Below the pieces are notes generated by a model. It saw nothing but the letters and a program-made list of their open reading frames with translations. It had not been told where the DNA came from and did no database searches. A DNA stretch of 38,730 nt from an uncultured Candidatus Bathyarchaeia archaeon (GTDB taxonomy: Archaea; Thermoproteota; Bathyarchaeia; TCS64), in NCBI GenBank assembly GCA_964347405.1, contig CAYFYM010000055.1, positions 1 through 38,730 on the forward strand, read 5' to 3'. Position numbers and translations under genes: made by a program. Positions 9,066-17,918 of this stretch are shown piece after piece (positions within the stretch are counted from its first letter, which is position 1; every line of letters begins with the position of its first letter).

Positions 9066-10370
9066 ATGAGCGATTCACTGGATCTGGTCTACGATCTTGA
9101 CGACAAGCCCAAATCCCTGAGAGACACGGTGGTATACTCCCTACAGTGGGTGGTGACCATGTTCTACGCGGTTGTCTGGGGGTACTCCATCGTAGGCGTC
9201 GGTCTGGGTCTTGAAGGCCAGGTCCTCGCGAGGTACATGGCGACGGTCGTATTGATGATAGGAGTCTCAACCGTCACCCAAGTGTATCTCGGCCATAAAT
9301 ACGCCATGCTGTCGGGCCCCAACGACATAACCTCGCTGGCGATTCTTTACGCTTTCACCGTCGGGGGGAGGGAGTATGCATTCGAGGCGTTCACCGCCCA
9401 GGTGATGGCCGGGGTGTTGATAGCAGCGGTGATCTTCACGGGGCTCATCGACAGGATCTCCCTCATCTGGAGCGACCTCGTCTCTGGCTCCATGATAATG
9501 ATTATCGGCCTGGCCGTAGCCAGGCAGGGGATAGAACTGATTGCTTCTCATGGCCCGGGATGGCCTCTGATGGTTGGGGTCGGGCTGGCGCTTCTCGCCG
9601 GCCTCATCTCCATTAAAGGCAGCGGCGTGTTATCGACCCTGCCCAGCTTGGTAACCATCTCGCTGGGATACCTGATATTCATACTAATGGGCGAGTTCAA
9701 CTGGGGTCTAGTCAACGAGCTACCGCTCATCACCCTGCCCAACATCCTGCCTTACGGTTTTTCGATGCCGAGCCTCGGCCTCATAGTGACCATGATACTC
9801 GTAAACCTGATGGCTGTGCTGAACGTCTACGGGAACCTGAAGGGGTATTCATCAGCCATCCTAGGACGCGAGATGAAGGAGGCGACCGGGAAACGATCGA
9901 TGTACGCCTTCAGCCTGGTTGAGACCGCCCTCGCCGGGCTGCTGGGCGTACCCGGGTTGGTTCCCTACAGCGAGAGCATCGGGATGATCACCATGACCCG
10001 CGTAGCCTCCAGGTTCTTCCTCCTGGTGGGATCAATAGTATTCATGGCTCTGAGCCTCTTCGGCCCCATGGGAGGATTCATGGCCGCCATGCCTAAACCG
10101 GTAGCCGGAGCTATACTCCTCGGCATAGCCAGCACCGTGATCGGCTCAGGCGCCCAAGTCTGGTCCAAGAGCGAGTTTGGTCGGAGAGAGATACTCATAA
10201 CCGGCTTCTCTATATTCCTAGCACTCGGGTTAAGCTCGCTGCCCAACCAGTTCTGGGATCAGCTTCCGAAGATGGTGGCCACCATATTCAACAATCCCAG
10301 CATAACGGTGACGCTTTCGGTGATCGTGCTCGAACAAGTCTTCTTCAGAAAGGAACAAGCCGAAGAGTAA
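9066..10370 (+). CDS. Nucleobase-type permease, NCS2-like, copy 2
   Basis: 434 aa, collinear with 6806-8107. Roughly 60% identical by eye (not computed), with the same YSLQWVVTMFY and AAMPKPVAGAILLGIASTVIG motifs. Confidence 0.6.
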   Translation: MSDSLDLVYDLDDKPKSLRDTVVYSLQWVVTMFYAVVWGYSIVGVGLGLEGQVLARYMATVVLMIGVSTVTQVYLGHKYAMLSGPNDITSLAILYAFTVGGREYAFEAFTAQVMAGVLIAAVIFTGLIDRISLIWSDLVSGSMIMIIGLAVARQGIELIASHGPGWPLMVGVGLALLAGLISIKGSGVLSTLPSLVTISLGYLIFILMGEFNWGLVNELPLITLPNILPYGFSMPSLGLIVTMILVNLMAVLNVYGNLKGYSSAILGREMKEATGKRSMYAFSLVETALAGLLGVPGLVPYSESIGMITMTRVASRFFLLVGSIVFMALSLFGPMGGFMAAMPKPVAGAILLGIASTVIGSGAQVWSKSEFGRREILITGFSIFLALGLSSLPNQFWDQLPKMVATIFNNPSITVTLSVIVLEQVFFRKEQAEE

Positions 10371-10380
10371 CCCTCTTTTT

Positions 10381-10391
10381 AGGTTTAAAAG
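10381..10391 (+). promoter_or_regulatory. BRE/TATA box (aggTTTAAAAG), preceded by a weak T5 terminator (10376-10380)
   Basis: Ends 29 nt before ATG 10421. Confidence 0.45.
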
Positions 10392-10420
10392 GCATCTTTC
10401 GTTGAACGTAAACGAAGAAA

Positions 10421-11065
10421 ATGAGGTTGAAAAGACCCTTTGAGTACGAGATCAAGCCAAAAAAGGTAGATAAAGGCACACACTGGGTCACCGTTGACCT
10501 GAAGAACGTAAGTACAGACGTCCTCTCTCAGCTGGATGTGCAGCTACAGTCTCGGGACTCCTATTTCATCTTTGTCCATGGCACCGGAAGCTATATGCCC
10601 GAGTTGAAGGGAAACGTGATAACCAGCCTACCCTTCCAGATAACCGCCCGTCAAACAGGCATGGTGTACGTCACCGTGAATGGTTACAGAGACGGCGTGT
10701 ACTTCTACTGGGAGACGCCCGCCGAGGAGATCCAGGTAGGGGCAGAGGTGGCTGCGTTAGAAAACCTGTTCGTCCTGTCTCATCCCTATACGGCCATAGG
10801 TAAGTCCCTCGAGATCGAGGCGATAGTCAAGGCGATCGTCGGCGGGAAGAAGCTTGATCTGAGCTTCTGGGTGGAAACTCGTTCGGGCGCCTTTGACAGG
10901 ATCGCTGAGATAGAGACTAAGAAGCTGGAGGCGGGTGAAGAGGTGAGGTACTCGGCCGAGTTCACGCCCGAGGAAACCGGTATCCACGAGATATACGCCT
11001 ACCTGTACGACGGGACCACGCTGCTGGGACGCAAGAACGACACCATCTACGTCCAAAGCGAGTAA
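10421..11065 (+). CDS. Hypothetical protein with two tandem Ig/CARDB-like beta-sandwich halves and no signal peptide
   Basis: 214 aa. Alternating beta-type pattern. The second half (..LEAGEEVRYSAEFTPEETGIHEIYAYLYDG..) resembles CARDB-type domains. Weak call. Confidence 0.45.
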   Translation: MRLKRPFEYEIKPKKVDKGTHWVTVDLKNVSTDVLSQLDVQLQSRDSYFIFVHGTGSYMPELKGNVITSLPFQITARQTGMVYVTVNGYRDGVYFYWETPAEEIQVGAEVAALENLFVLSHPYTAIGKSLEIEAIVKAIVGGKKLDLSFWVETRSGAFDRIAEIETKKLEAGEEVRYSAEFTPEETGIHEIYAYLYDGTTLLGRKNDTIYVQSE

Positions 11066-11248
11066 ATAATCCACCTTTCTTTATTTCCTCCTTATAGTTT
11101 CTAGTGTTTAAAATCAAGATCCAGCCGAGGTGGAGTTGAGCGACACGCTATAAACTTCATGACTAGGACGCTTGGTTTACCGGGAGTCACCTGCGTCGTC
11201 AATGACATGGTATATAGATGGAAGTCTTATGCAATTAGCAGTTGAGTG

Positions 11249-11256
11249 AAAAAAAA
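11249..11256 (-). terminator. Oligo-T (T8 on the minus strand) terminator after hsp20
   Basis: An A8 run on the plus strand, 8 nt beyond the hsp20 stop. Confidence 0.5.
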
Positions 11257-11263
11257 TGGTTGT

Positions 11264-11779
11264 TTACTTTATTTTTACCCTGTGTTTCTCTTCCACGGGG
11301 GTGGGCTCGACCTTCGGGATCTTGATCTCCAGTACTCCGTTCTTCAGGGTGGCTGAGGTGCCTTCTGGCCTGACATTCTCTTGGAACATCAGCCGCCTGT
11401 TTATGCTCTCATAGCTTCTCTCGTAGAGTTGGTAGTTCTCCTTCTCTTCCTTCTTCTCGGCCTCGATCTTGCCGGTGATCTCGACGCTGTCACTAGTTAC
11501 GTCGATCTCTATGTCGTCTTTGGTGAAGCCCGGGACCTCAGCCTTGACCACATACTCTTTCCCGTTATCTATCATGTCTACAAGGGGAGTCCGCGTCCAC
11601 CTCTCCGATGGTAGGAACATCTTCCTCGGGATTAGCCACGGCCTTTGAACCAGGGGCTCGAACATGCCTCTCTGGAAACCTTCCCATAGGTCCTCAAAGG
11701 AACGTATGACGTCGAGGGGGTGCCTGGACGCCAGCTCCCGTCTTTCTTTTCCTTCGTCTTTCTCCGACATTTTATTCAA
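11264..11779 (-). CDS. hsp20: Small heat-shock protein, Hsp20/alpha-crystallin family
   Basis: Alpha-crystallin domain: PLVDMIDNGKEYVVKAEVPGFTKDDIEIDV...NGVLEIKIPK. The TATA box caggTTTATTAAAc at 11798-11811 makes ATG 11770 (27 nt downstream) a more likely start than TTG 11779. Confidence 0.9.
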   Translation of the reverse strand: MNKMSEKDEGKERRELASRHPLDVIRSFEDLWEGFQRGMFEPLVQRPWLIPRKMFLPSERWTRTPLVDMIDNGKEYVVKAEVPGFTKDDIEIDVTSDSVEITGKIEAEKKEEKENYQLYERSYESINRRLMFQENVRPEGTSATLKNGVLEIKIPKVEPTPVEEKHRVKIK

Positions 11780-11856
11780 TTTTTACTTGAGATTGCTGTT
11801 TAATAAACCTGAAAAAATACGCGGTTCTGTCTAGACGAGGGGCTCGACCGGGCCTC

Positions 11857-13479
11857 TTACTGCTCCTCTTCGATGTTCATGGATTTCACGATCATCACCA
11901 GCAGCGAGGCCAAGCCTAGGATGACGAGCCACCCGTGCCAGCTCTCGAAGAGCGAGTCTGTCGAGAGGGAGACTATGCTTACCCCGATGATAATCCCAGT
12001 CGTAAGTATCCCCAAGAGCAGCCTCTGGGAGGCCCGGTCGATGGACCTGTGGAGTTCGTGGACCTCGGGCACAGCCACCTCCATCCTCGATCTGCCTGAC
12101 GCGAGCCTCTCGAGGAACCGCCTCAAGCTCTTCGGGAACGACAGCAGGTCCCTGGTGACGGCTTGACGCATCTCGTCGAGCCTCTCCGGGCTGATGATCC
12201 CGTCCATGAGCATGTCGTCCAGGTAGGGCTGTATGCGTTCTATGAAGTTGAAGCCGGGGTCCAGCTGCTCCCCGATCTTGCTGATCATGCTGATGACTTT
12301 GATCATGAGCATGAACGTGCCGGGCAGCTTCACATTGTACCTGTAGAAGGTGTCGGTGATGTCGTTGAGACTGTCGATGAACGTGTACTCCTCCAGGTTG
12401 TAGCGCTGGGTCTCCTTGAGTATGATGTACATCTCGTCCTTGAACGAGTCTATCCTGTTCTGTTCTATCATGACCCCGATGTCCTCGAGGCCGTCGATGA
12501 GGGAGTTCACGTCGCCGCTGACGATGCTGTACAGTATGCTGGTGTAGGCGTGCCTCTTCTCGGGTCGGAGTATCCCCACCATGCCGAAGTCCAGGAAGAC
12601 TAGGTCCCCGCCGTCGGTGACGAGCAGGTTGCCGGGGTGGGGGTCTCCGTGGAAGAAGCCGTCCCTGAATATCTGTTTCAGGTAGGCTTGGAACCCGATC
12701 TCTATTATGGTCGAGGGATTATGCTTCTCCCTTATTCCCTCCACGTCGTCTATACGTAAGCCTTTGATATGCTCCATGACGAGGAGCCTCTCCCCGGAGT
12801 GCTCCCAGTATATCTTGGGGACCTTGATCCGAGAAACGTCCTCCAGGTTCTTGCCTATGGTCTCGGCGTTCTTCCCATCCCTTACAAAGTTCAGCTCCTT
12901 CCTCAGCTGGATGCTGAACTCCTTCACGAGCTCCCTCGGGTTGTAGGGCTGGAGGTAAGGGAACGCGCTCTCAACCCTCTCCGCCAGGGATTCAAGTATA
13001 TGTAGGTCTACCTCGATGAGCTCGTCTATGTTCGGCCTCTGGACCTTGAACACCACCTCCTCCCCGGTGTGCAGCGTCGCCCTGTGGACTTGGCTGAGCG
13101 ACGCCGACGCGAAGGGCGTCTCGTCCACGAAGGAGCACACCTCCTCCAGTTCCCCGCATATCTCCTCGATGACGGGCCTGACGTCCTCGAAGGGCACCGG
13201 CTTGACGTCGTCGGTGAGCTTCAGCAGCTCCTTGATCATGGGCACCGGGAGGACGTCGCTGCGGACGCTCAGTATCTGTCCCATCTTGATGTACGTGGGG
13301 CCGAGCTCCTCTATCGCCATCCTTATCCTCTGGTAGACGCTGAGTCCCTCAACGTAGTCTTCGGATCTCAGGAACCCGGGGCGGGACTCCTCCGGGAAGA
13401 GCTCCTCGATGAATATGCCGAAGCCGTACTTGGTGAGTATGCCGGCGATTTGGGCGTAACGTGCGAGCCTGTTGACCAT
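11857..13479 (-). CDS. ABC1/UbiB-type atypical protein kinase with C-terminal TM helices
   Basis: 540 aa. PFASASLSQVHRA, VVFKVQRPNI, FFHGDPHPGNLLV and LDFGMVG are ABC1-family motifs. Confidence 0.85.
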   Translation of the reverse strand: MVNRLARYAQIAGILTKYGFGIFIEELFPEESRPGFLRSEDYVEGLSVYQRIRMAIEELGPTYIKMGQILSVRSDVLPVPMIKELLKLTDDVKPVPFEDVRPVIEEICGELEEVCSFVDETPFASASLSQVHRATLHTGEEVVFKVQRPNIDELIEVDLHILESLAERVESAFPYLQPYNPRELVKEFSIQLRKELNFVRDGKNAETIGKNLEDVSRIKVPKIYWEHSGERLLVMEHIKGLRIDDVEGIREKHNPSTIIEIGFQAYLKQIFRDGFFHGDPHPGNLLVTDGGDLVFLDFGMVGILRPEKRHAYTSILYSIVSGDVNSLIDGLEDIGVMIEQNRIDSFKDEMYIILKETQRYNLEEYTFIDSLNDITDTFYRYNVKLPGTFMLMIKVISMISKIGEQLDPGFNFIERIQPYLDDMLMDGIISPERLDEMRQAVTRDLLSFPKSLRRFLERLASGRSRMEVAVPEVHELHRSIDRASQRLLLGILTTGIIIGVSIVSLSTDSLFESWHGWLVILGLASLLVMIVKSMNIEEEQ

Positions 13480-13490
13480 GTCTATGCTTC

Positions 13491-14273
13491 CTATAGCGAG
13501 TGTGAGAGGAAGTCGAAGCGGCCGCCGTCCACCGTCAGTGCCTGTCCGGTGACGAAGCTGGCCCTGTCCGAGGCCAGAAACGCGACCGCCTCCGCTATCT
13601 CGCGGGGCTCCCCGAGGCGGTTTAGCATTGTGTGTCTTCTATAATAGTCCAGTCGTTCCTTCTGCTCCTCGGCCGGTTTTCCCTTGAGGCCCATGTCGGT
13701 CTTGATGAGCCCCGGCGCCACGGCGTTCACCCTGACCCCGTGTGGGCCCAGTTCCATGGCCAGGTTCTTGGTTATGATTAGCACCGCTGCTTTCGTGGAG
13801 CTGTAAATCATGTTCCCAGGGCGGCTTGCCGTCCCAAGACCCGCGACGGACGCGATGTTGATGATGCTGCCCGTCTCTTGTCTCTTCATGGCGGGGGCGA
13901 CGGCCCTGCAGCAGTTGAGTACCCCCTTGACGTTGACGCTCATAGTTGGATCGAACGCGTCCAGATCGAGTTCCTCCAAGTGCCCACCGTCCAGCAGTAT
14001 CCCGGCGTTGTTCACGAGCACGTCTATGGAGCCGAACCGCTCAAGGGCCTCGTTCACAATCTCGTTGACTGCATCCTCGTCGCTTACGTCGGCCTGGTGG
14101 GCGTAAGCCTCCCCGCCGCCTTTCACTATTTCTTCCAAGACCTCGTCCGCCATGTCCCTGGATCGATGATAGTTCACTACAACCCTGGCTCTCTCCCTAG
14201 CCAGCACCCGTGCGCACGCCTTCCCTATTCCCCGTGAAGCCCCGGTTACGATGGCAACCTTATCTTTCAACAT
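13491..14273 (-). CDS. Short-chain dehydrogenase/reductase (FabG-like)
   Basis: TGASRGIGKA cofactor motif, NNAG, and the YSSTKAAV (YxxxK) catalytic motif. Confidence 0.9.
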   Translation of the reverse strand: MLKDKVAIVTGASRGIGKACARVLARERARVVVNYHRSRDMADEVLEEIVKGGGEAYAHQADVSDEDAVNEIVNEALERFGSIDVLVNNAGILLDGGHLEELDLDAFDPTMSVNVKGVLNCCRAVAPAMKRQETGSIINIASVAGLGTASRPGNMIYSSTKAAVLIITKNLAMELGPHGVRVNAVAPGLIKTDMGLKGKPAEEQKERLDYYRRHTMLNRLGEPREIAEAVAFLASDRASFVTGQALTVDGGRFDFLSHSL

Positions 14274-14304
14274 GATTCCGCATCAACTGATCATGTGACC
14301 CATC

Positions 14305-14337
14305 AAATAAAAACAAAAACCCGAAGCCGACGGGTTT
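14305..14337 (-). terminator. Hairpin plus T-rich tract downstream of the RHH-protein gene
   Basis: 7-bp stem aaacccg/cgggttt (14317-14337, 7-nt loop). On the minus strand it is followed by TTTTTGTTTTTATTT. Confidence 0.5.
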
Positions 14338-14371
14338 GATTGATTACGCTGCCTTCTCCGGTGTCTGTGAT

Positions 14372-14914
14372 CTACTTGTCTTGTACGGGCTTCCTAATCC
14401 TAACAGTCACGGCGTCGTCTATTTTAGTGATCTCCACCTCGGAATCTAGGATGGCCTTGAACATCGCCTCGATGTATTTTGACAGGAAGATGCTCCATTT
14501 CTCGTTGTATAAGTGTCTTAGATGGAAGAGGTGCTCGTCTACTTGCTCGTAGTGGCCGCAAATGAACCAGTCGTTGTAGCCTCCCAGTATCTCTTCGATG
14601 TACCACATCAGCGAATCGAAGTCGAGCCGCCTCCCCCGCATGAGGAGCCTGTCCCTCGGCCTCACCGAGCCTGAAAGCTCGCCAACCTTCTCTATATCCT
14701 CTTTCTGAATTTTGGAGATTAATAATTCCAGCGTCTGAGGCGAGAGCGTTATGGATTGACCTTTACCGTAGTATCGGTCGGACAACGCGAACCGTCTGAA
14801 TATCTGGTTCGCCAGGTTGTTGACGCTGACACCTCTTTCTTCGGCTTCGGCCCGAAGAACCTCATCCAGTTGGGACTCCAGCCTAAAGGTTCTAGTTACT
14901 GCGCTGTCGCTCAA
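14372..14914 (-). CDS. Ribbon-helix-helix (CopG/Arc-like) N-terminal domain protein with an uncharacterised C-terminal domain
   Basis: 180 aa. N-terminal TRTFRLESQLDEVLRAEAEERGVSVNNLANQIFRRF fits a beta-strand/helix/helix RHH pattern. Confidence 0.5.
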   Translation of the reverse strand: MSDSAVTRTFRLESQLDEVLRAEAEERGVSVNNLANQIFRRFALSDRYYGKGQSITLSPQTLELLISKIQKEDIEKVGELSGSVRPRDRLLMRGRRLDFDSLMWYIEEILGGYNDWFICGHYEQVDEHLFHLRHLYNEKWSIFLSKYIEAMFKAILDSEVEITKIDDAVTVRIRKPVQDK

Positions 14915-15083
14915 CAGAATGACTCTCCGTTTCCATGTAAATCATCTGCATATGGCGGTATATAAGTGAGTATAACCGAGTGAAAATGAATGTAAATGAC
15001 TGTAATACTTTAATTAATAATAGTTAATGTTATAAAACAACAGAAAAAAACCACTATAATATTATTGAATATATAATAAACAT

Positions 15084-15479
15084 ATGTTTTATATATCTAG
15101 ATTCCAAAACAATTATGTGATGTTATCAAAAGAAAATAAATCGAATGATATTAGATACCCAAATAATGAGATTAACAGAAACGTGCACTTAAGGGGTGAG
15201 GAAAATTCATACATGACGAGTTTCGTTGGATATGACAACGTGATTGCACAAGATAAAACATATGTATTAGACATTGGTTTTAAATCAATCAAGTACGTGA
15301 GTGACGAACTTCAACTAAAGACAGTAGAAATCATAAGTGATCTAATAGAATTAGGAATACCTGAAAGATGCCTGGATGATATATTATTAGAAGGGATAAA
15401 AAAATACTATGAAACAATGTGCATAGAAAGAAGCCAGAATTACTTGATTAACATTATTAGAGATAATAAAGGAGAATAA
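15084..15479 (+). CDS. Hypothetical protein encoded in strongly AT-rich DNA, directly upstream of tfb
   Basis: A 131-codon open frame in ~30% GC DNA, where stop codons should be frequent. It ends 3 nt before the tfb ATG. No family recognised. Confidence 0.5.
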   Translation: MFYISRFQNNYVMLSKENKSNDIRYPNNEINRNVHLRGEENSYMTSFVGYDNVIAQDKTYVLDIGFKSIKYVSDELQLKTVEIISDLIELGIPERCLDDILLEGIKKYYETMCIERSQNYLINIIRDNKGE

Positions 15480-15482
15480 AAA

Positions 15483-16415
15483 ATGATCACGACAGTAGCA
15501 CAGGAGCCTGAGGCCGCTCAGGATCAAAGCTGTCCCTCGTGCAACGGAACGGATCTTATCCACGACATCGATACGGGGGAGGTGATCTGCTCTAGATGTG
15601 GCACCGTGGTCGATGAACGTTCATACGACCTCGGTCCGGAGTGGAGGTCCTACACTAGGCAGGAGAGAGAGGCACGGGCGAGGACCGGCCACGCGCTGAC
15701 CAACAAGATCTATGACCGCGGTCTCTCGACGGTGATGGCTGGTAGCGTGGACGCGCGGGGGAAGCAGCTGGACACGGAGACCATGAGGAAGATGAACCGG
15801 CTGAAGCGCCTCAACAGCAGGGAGAAAAACTACGAGTCATGGGACAAGAACCTCAAGATAGCCCTCAGCGAGATGGACAGGATATGCACAGAGCTCCATC
15901 TCCCAGACTACATACACGAAGAGGCGGCGAAGATCTACCGCAAGGTCCTGAAGAAGGACCTGGTAAGAGGGAGATCCATAGACGGGTTCGTGGGGGCGTC
16001 CATTTTCGCCGCGTGTAGGCTCTCGAAGCTCCCCTACTCCATCAAGAAGATCGCGGAGGTAAGCATGTTGGACAGCAGCGATATAGGGTACCACTACCGG
16101 CTGCTGGTCAAGGAACTCGACATCAAGATGCCTCTCGACAAACCCAACAAGTTCGTGTTGGGCATGGCCTCCCGTCTCGGTCTCAACGCGGACGTGGAAC
16201 AACACTCGATGAGGATAATCGAGAAGGCCAAGGAGAAGAGACTGGTGGTGGGCAAGAACCCGAGAGGCGTGGCGGCTGCCGCGTTTTACCTCGCGTGCGT
16301 CCATAAGGGGTACCCGGTCACCCAGACCCAGGTCGCGAACGTCGCCGACGTATCCGAGGTAACCATGAGGAAAAGGTTCAAGGAATACGAGCCCATCCAG
16401 AGCTTCATGGAATAG
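15483..16415 (+). CDS. tfb: Transcription initiation factor IIB (TFB)
   Basis: N-terminal zinc ribbon CPSCNG..CSRCG. Two cyclin-fold repeats (GRSIDGFVGASIFAACRLSKLP, KNPRGVAAAAFYLAC). Confidence 0.93.
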   Translation: MITTVAQEPEAAQDQSCPSCNGTDLIHDIDTGEVICSRCGTVVDERSYDLGPEWRSYTRQEREARARTGHALTNKIYDRGLSTVMAGSVDARGKQLDTETMRKMNRLKRLNSREKNYESWDKNLKIALSEMDRICTELHLPDYIHEEAAKIYRKVLKKDLVRGRSIDGFVGASIFAACRLSKLPYSIKKIAEVSMLDSSDIGYHYRLLVKELDIKMPLDKPNKFVLGMASRLGLNADVEQHSMRIIEKAKEKRLVVGKNPRGVAAAAFYLACVHKGYPVTQTQVANVADVSEVTMRKRFKEYEPIQSFME

Positions 16416-16472
16416 CTCGGCCCCCGTTCTTACTGTTTATATTTTAAACGATTATTTTCGTCTTTATCCTCA

Positions 16473-16696
16473 GGTTCAATGCTTCGTTGAACCATCAAGA
16501 TGCAGTTGTGCCCGTTTTCCATAAACGAAAAGTGCCCGAATGTTCTCGCGTGGAGATGAAGTTTTCATCTGCGCCAAAGCCCAGATGTACTTTGAAGCCC
16601 ATCTCAGTGCTCAGCGTCTTAAGGTCGTCCGCTTCTTGGACCTTAGGGCGCTCCCATTCAGGCAAATATATCCTCGAAGGGTGCCTTATAAACCTG
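16473..16696 (-). repeat. Copy A of a promoter-bearing ~215-bp element (candidate small RNA gene), minus orientation
   Basis: Core 16529-16652 is the reverse complement of 20498-20621, with 118/124 identical by my hand alignment. caggTTTATAAGG (16684-16696) lies 34 nt upstream of the core. A T-run and a conserved hairpin (16473-16493) lie downstream. Confidence 0.85.
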
Positions 16697-16827
16697 AATT
16701 TTTAATAAATAGCAAAATATATGTTTTTTCTATTAATTTTCTCGTTTATACAGTTAAAAAAATATTCAGTCGAAGTTATTCAATCTATATAAATGATGTT
16801 TTCTCAGATGAAAATAGTTGCCTGTAA

Positions 16828-17127
16828 ATGACCGATGAACTCCAGGATTCCCTTGAGGAGATACTTGAGGACACCGCCAACGAGAAACACCTCGATCACT
16901 TGTACAGGATATGGCATAGGCTGGACGAGAGCGGGGATTTCGGCACATTCAATGCGTTCGCCGCGGGCAACTTCGCGGGGGCAATGATCTTTCTATACTC
17001 CAGCTACGAGGGAAAAAAGATCTCTAATCTAGATGAAAGAGATATCAAGGATCTAACCCACAGGATTCTGGGATATTATTATGATCTAAAACCCATGATA
17101 AAAGACTACGTAACGAAACACGAATAA
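16828..17127 (+). CDS. Hypothetical protein (99 aa)
   Basis: ATG ORF with coding-like composition after an AT-rich spacer. No family recognised. Confidence 0.45.
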   Translation: MTDELQDSLEEILEDTANEKHLDHLYRIWHRLDESGDFGTFNAFAAGNFAGAMIFLYSSYEGKKISNLDERDIKDLTHRILGYYYDLKPMIKDYVTKHE

Positions 17128-17146
17128 ACAATTCCTGATTGTGCTG

Positions 17147-17725
17147 CTAGACCAGTGATTTTATTCCGAACCCTACCAGAAAAGCGACTACCCCCAGCAC
17201 CATCATTCTCAGCCCCCTCCAGATCTTCTCTCCCCTATTCTTCTCGCTGAAGATGTAGCCTGTTAGGAACAGCAGGGATATCGTGAGGCCCACGGATATC
17301 CATATAGTTGCCTTCACATGCAACACGTTTGCCAAGCTCAGAATTTGAGGAGTCAACGCGTACAGGGAAGTGAAGATCGGTGTGAGGAGTATGATTAATG
17401 CGATCACCGCCGTCTGCCTCTGTTCGTTCTCGACTATGAGCGTCTCGTCCAGATCCCGTAGCAGGGATTCCTCAAGAGACTCGATCTTCTTCTCCGCCTG
17501 CAGCGTCTCGGCCTCGTAGACGCTCACCCCCGAGGATATGCCCAGCGAGAAGGTGCCGGCCAGCAGGGTCCCCAGGAATATCTTTTGGTCAAAGTTCTCC
17601 GAGAACGCGGACCCCACTATTATTCCCAGTATCGTGAAAGAGGCGTCAAAAACCGTGTTTATGAAGTATGGTTTCAGCTTGTAGTATATCTCGCTGAACT
17701 CGGTCTTCCAATCGCTGATGGACAA
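17147..17725 (-). CDS. VIT1/CCC1-like (DUF125-type) membrane protein
   Basis: 192 aa with a two-block TM layout split by a charged coiled segment. N-terminal FDASFTILGIIVGS resembles the VIT family. TATA box caggTTTATATG at 17754-17766. Confidence 0.45.
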   Translation of the reverse strand: MSISDWKTEFSEIYYKLKPYFINTVFDASFTILGIIVGSAFSENFDQKIFLGTLLAGTFSLGISSGVSVYEAETLQAEKKIESLEESLLRDLDETLIVENEQRQTAVIALIILLTPIFTSLYALTPQILSLANVLHVKATIWISVGLTISLLFLTGYIFSEKNRGEKIWRGLRMMVLGVVAFLVGFGIKSLV

Positions 17726-17918
17726 CTTCAGTCAGTTAATTCTAAAAAGTAGATCATATAAACCTGAAACAGTTCTCCGCGTATTCACATATCCATGCAG
17801 GAGGTCCATTATCTCCATATCTTCATTCAAATCATCTTCACTAAATTTTAATATTTACATAATAATGGCACTAAAATAAGGTTATAAGAAATGCTTTCAA
17901 TACTTGTAACGAGAAAAA

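Noticed and set aside
16487-16827. Track ORFs 16487-16705 and 16540-16827, and the reverse-frame reading ..PEWERPKVQEADDLKTLSTEMGFKVHLGFGADENFISTREHSG.., across repeat copy A.
   Set aside because: The homologous copy B carries an in-frame stop (CAA to TAA). Most differences between the copies would be non-synonymous. There is no start codon or SD for the long frame. The nucleotide-level conservation, with its own TATA box and structured ends, fits an RNA or repeat element better than a protein.
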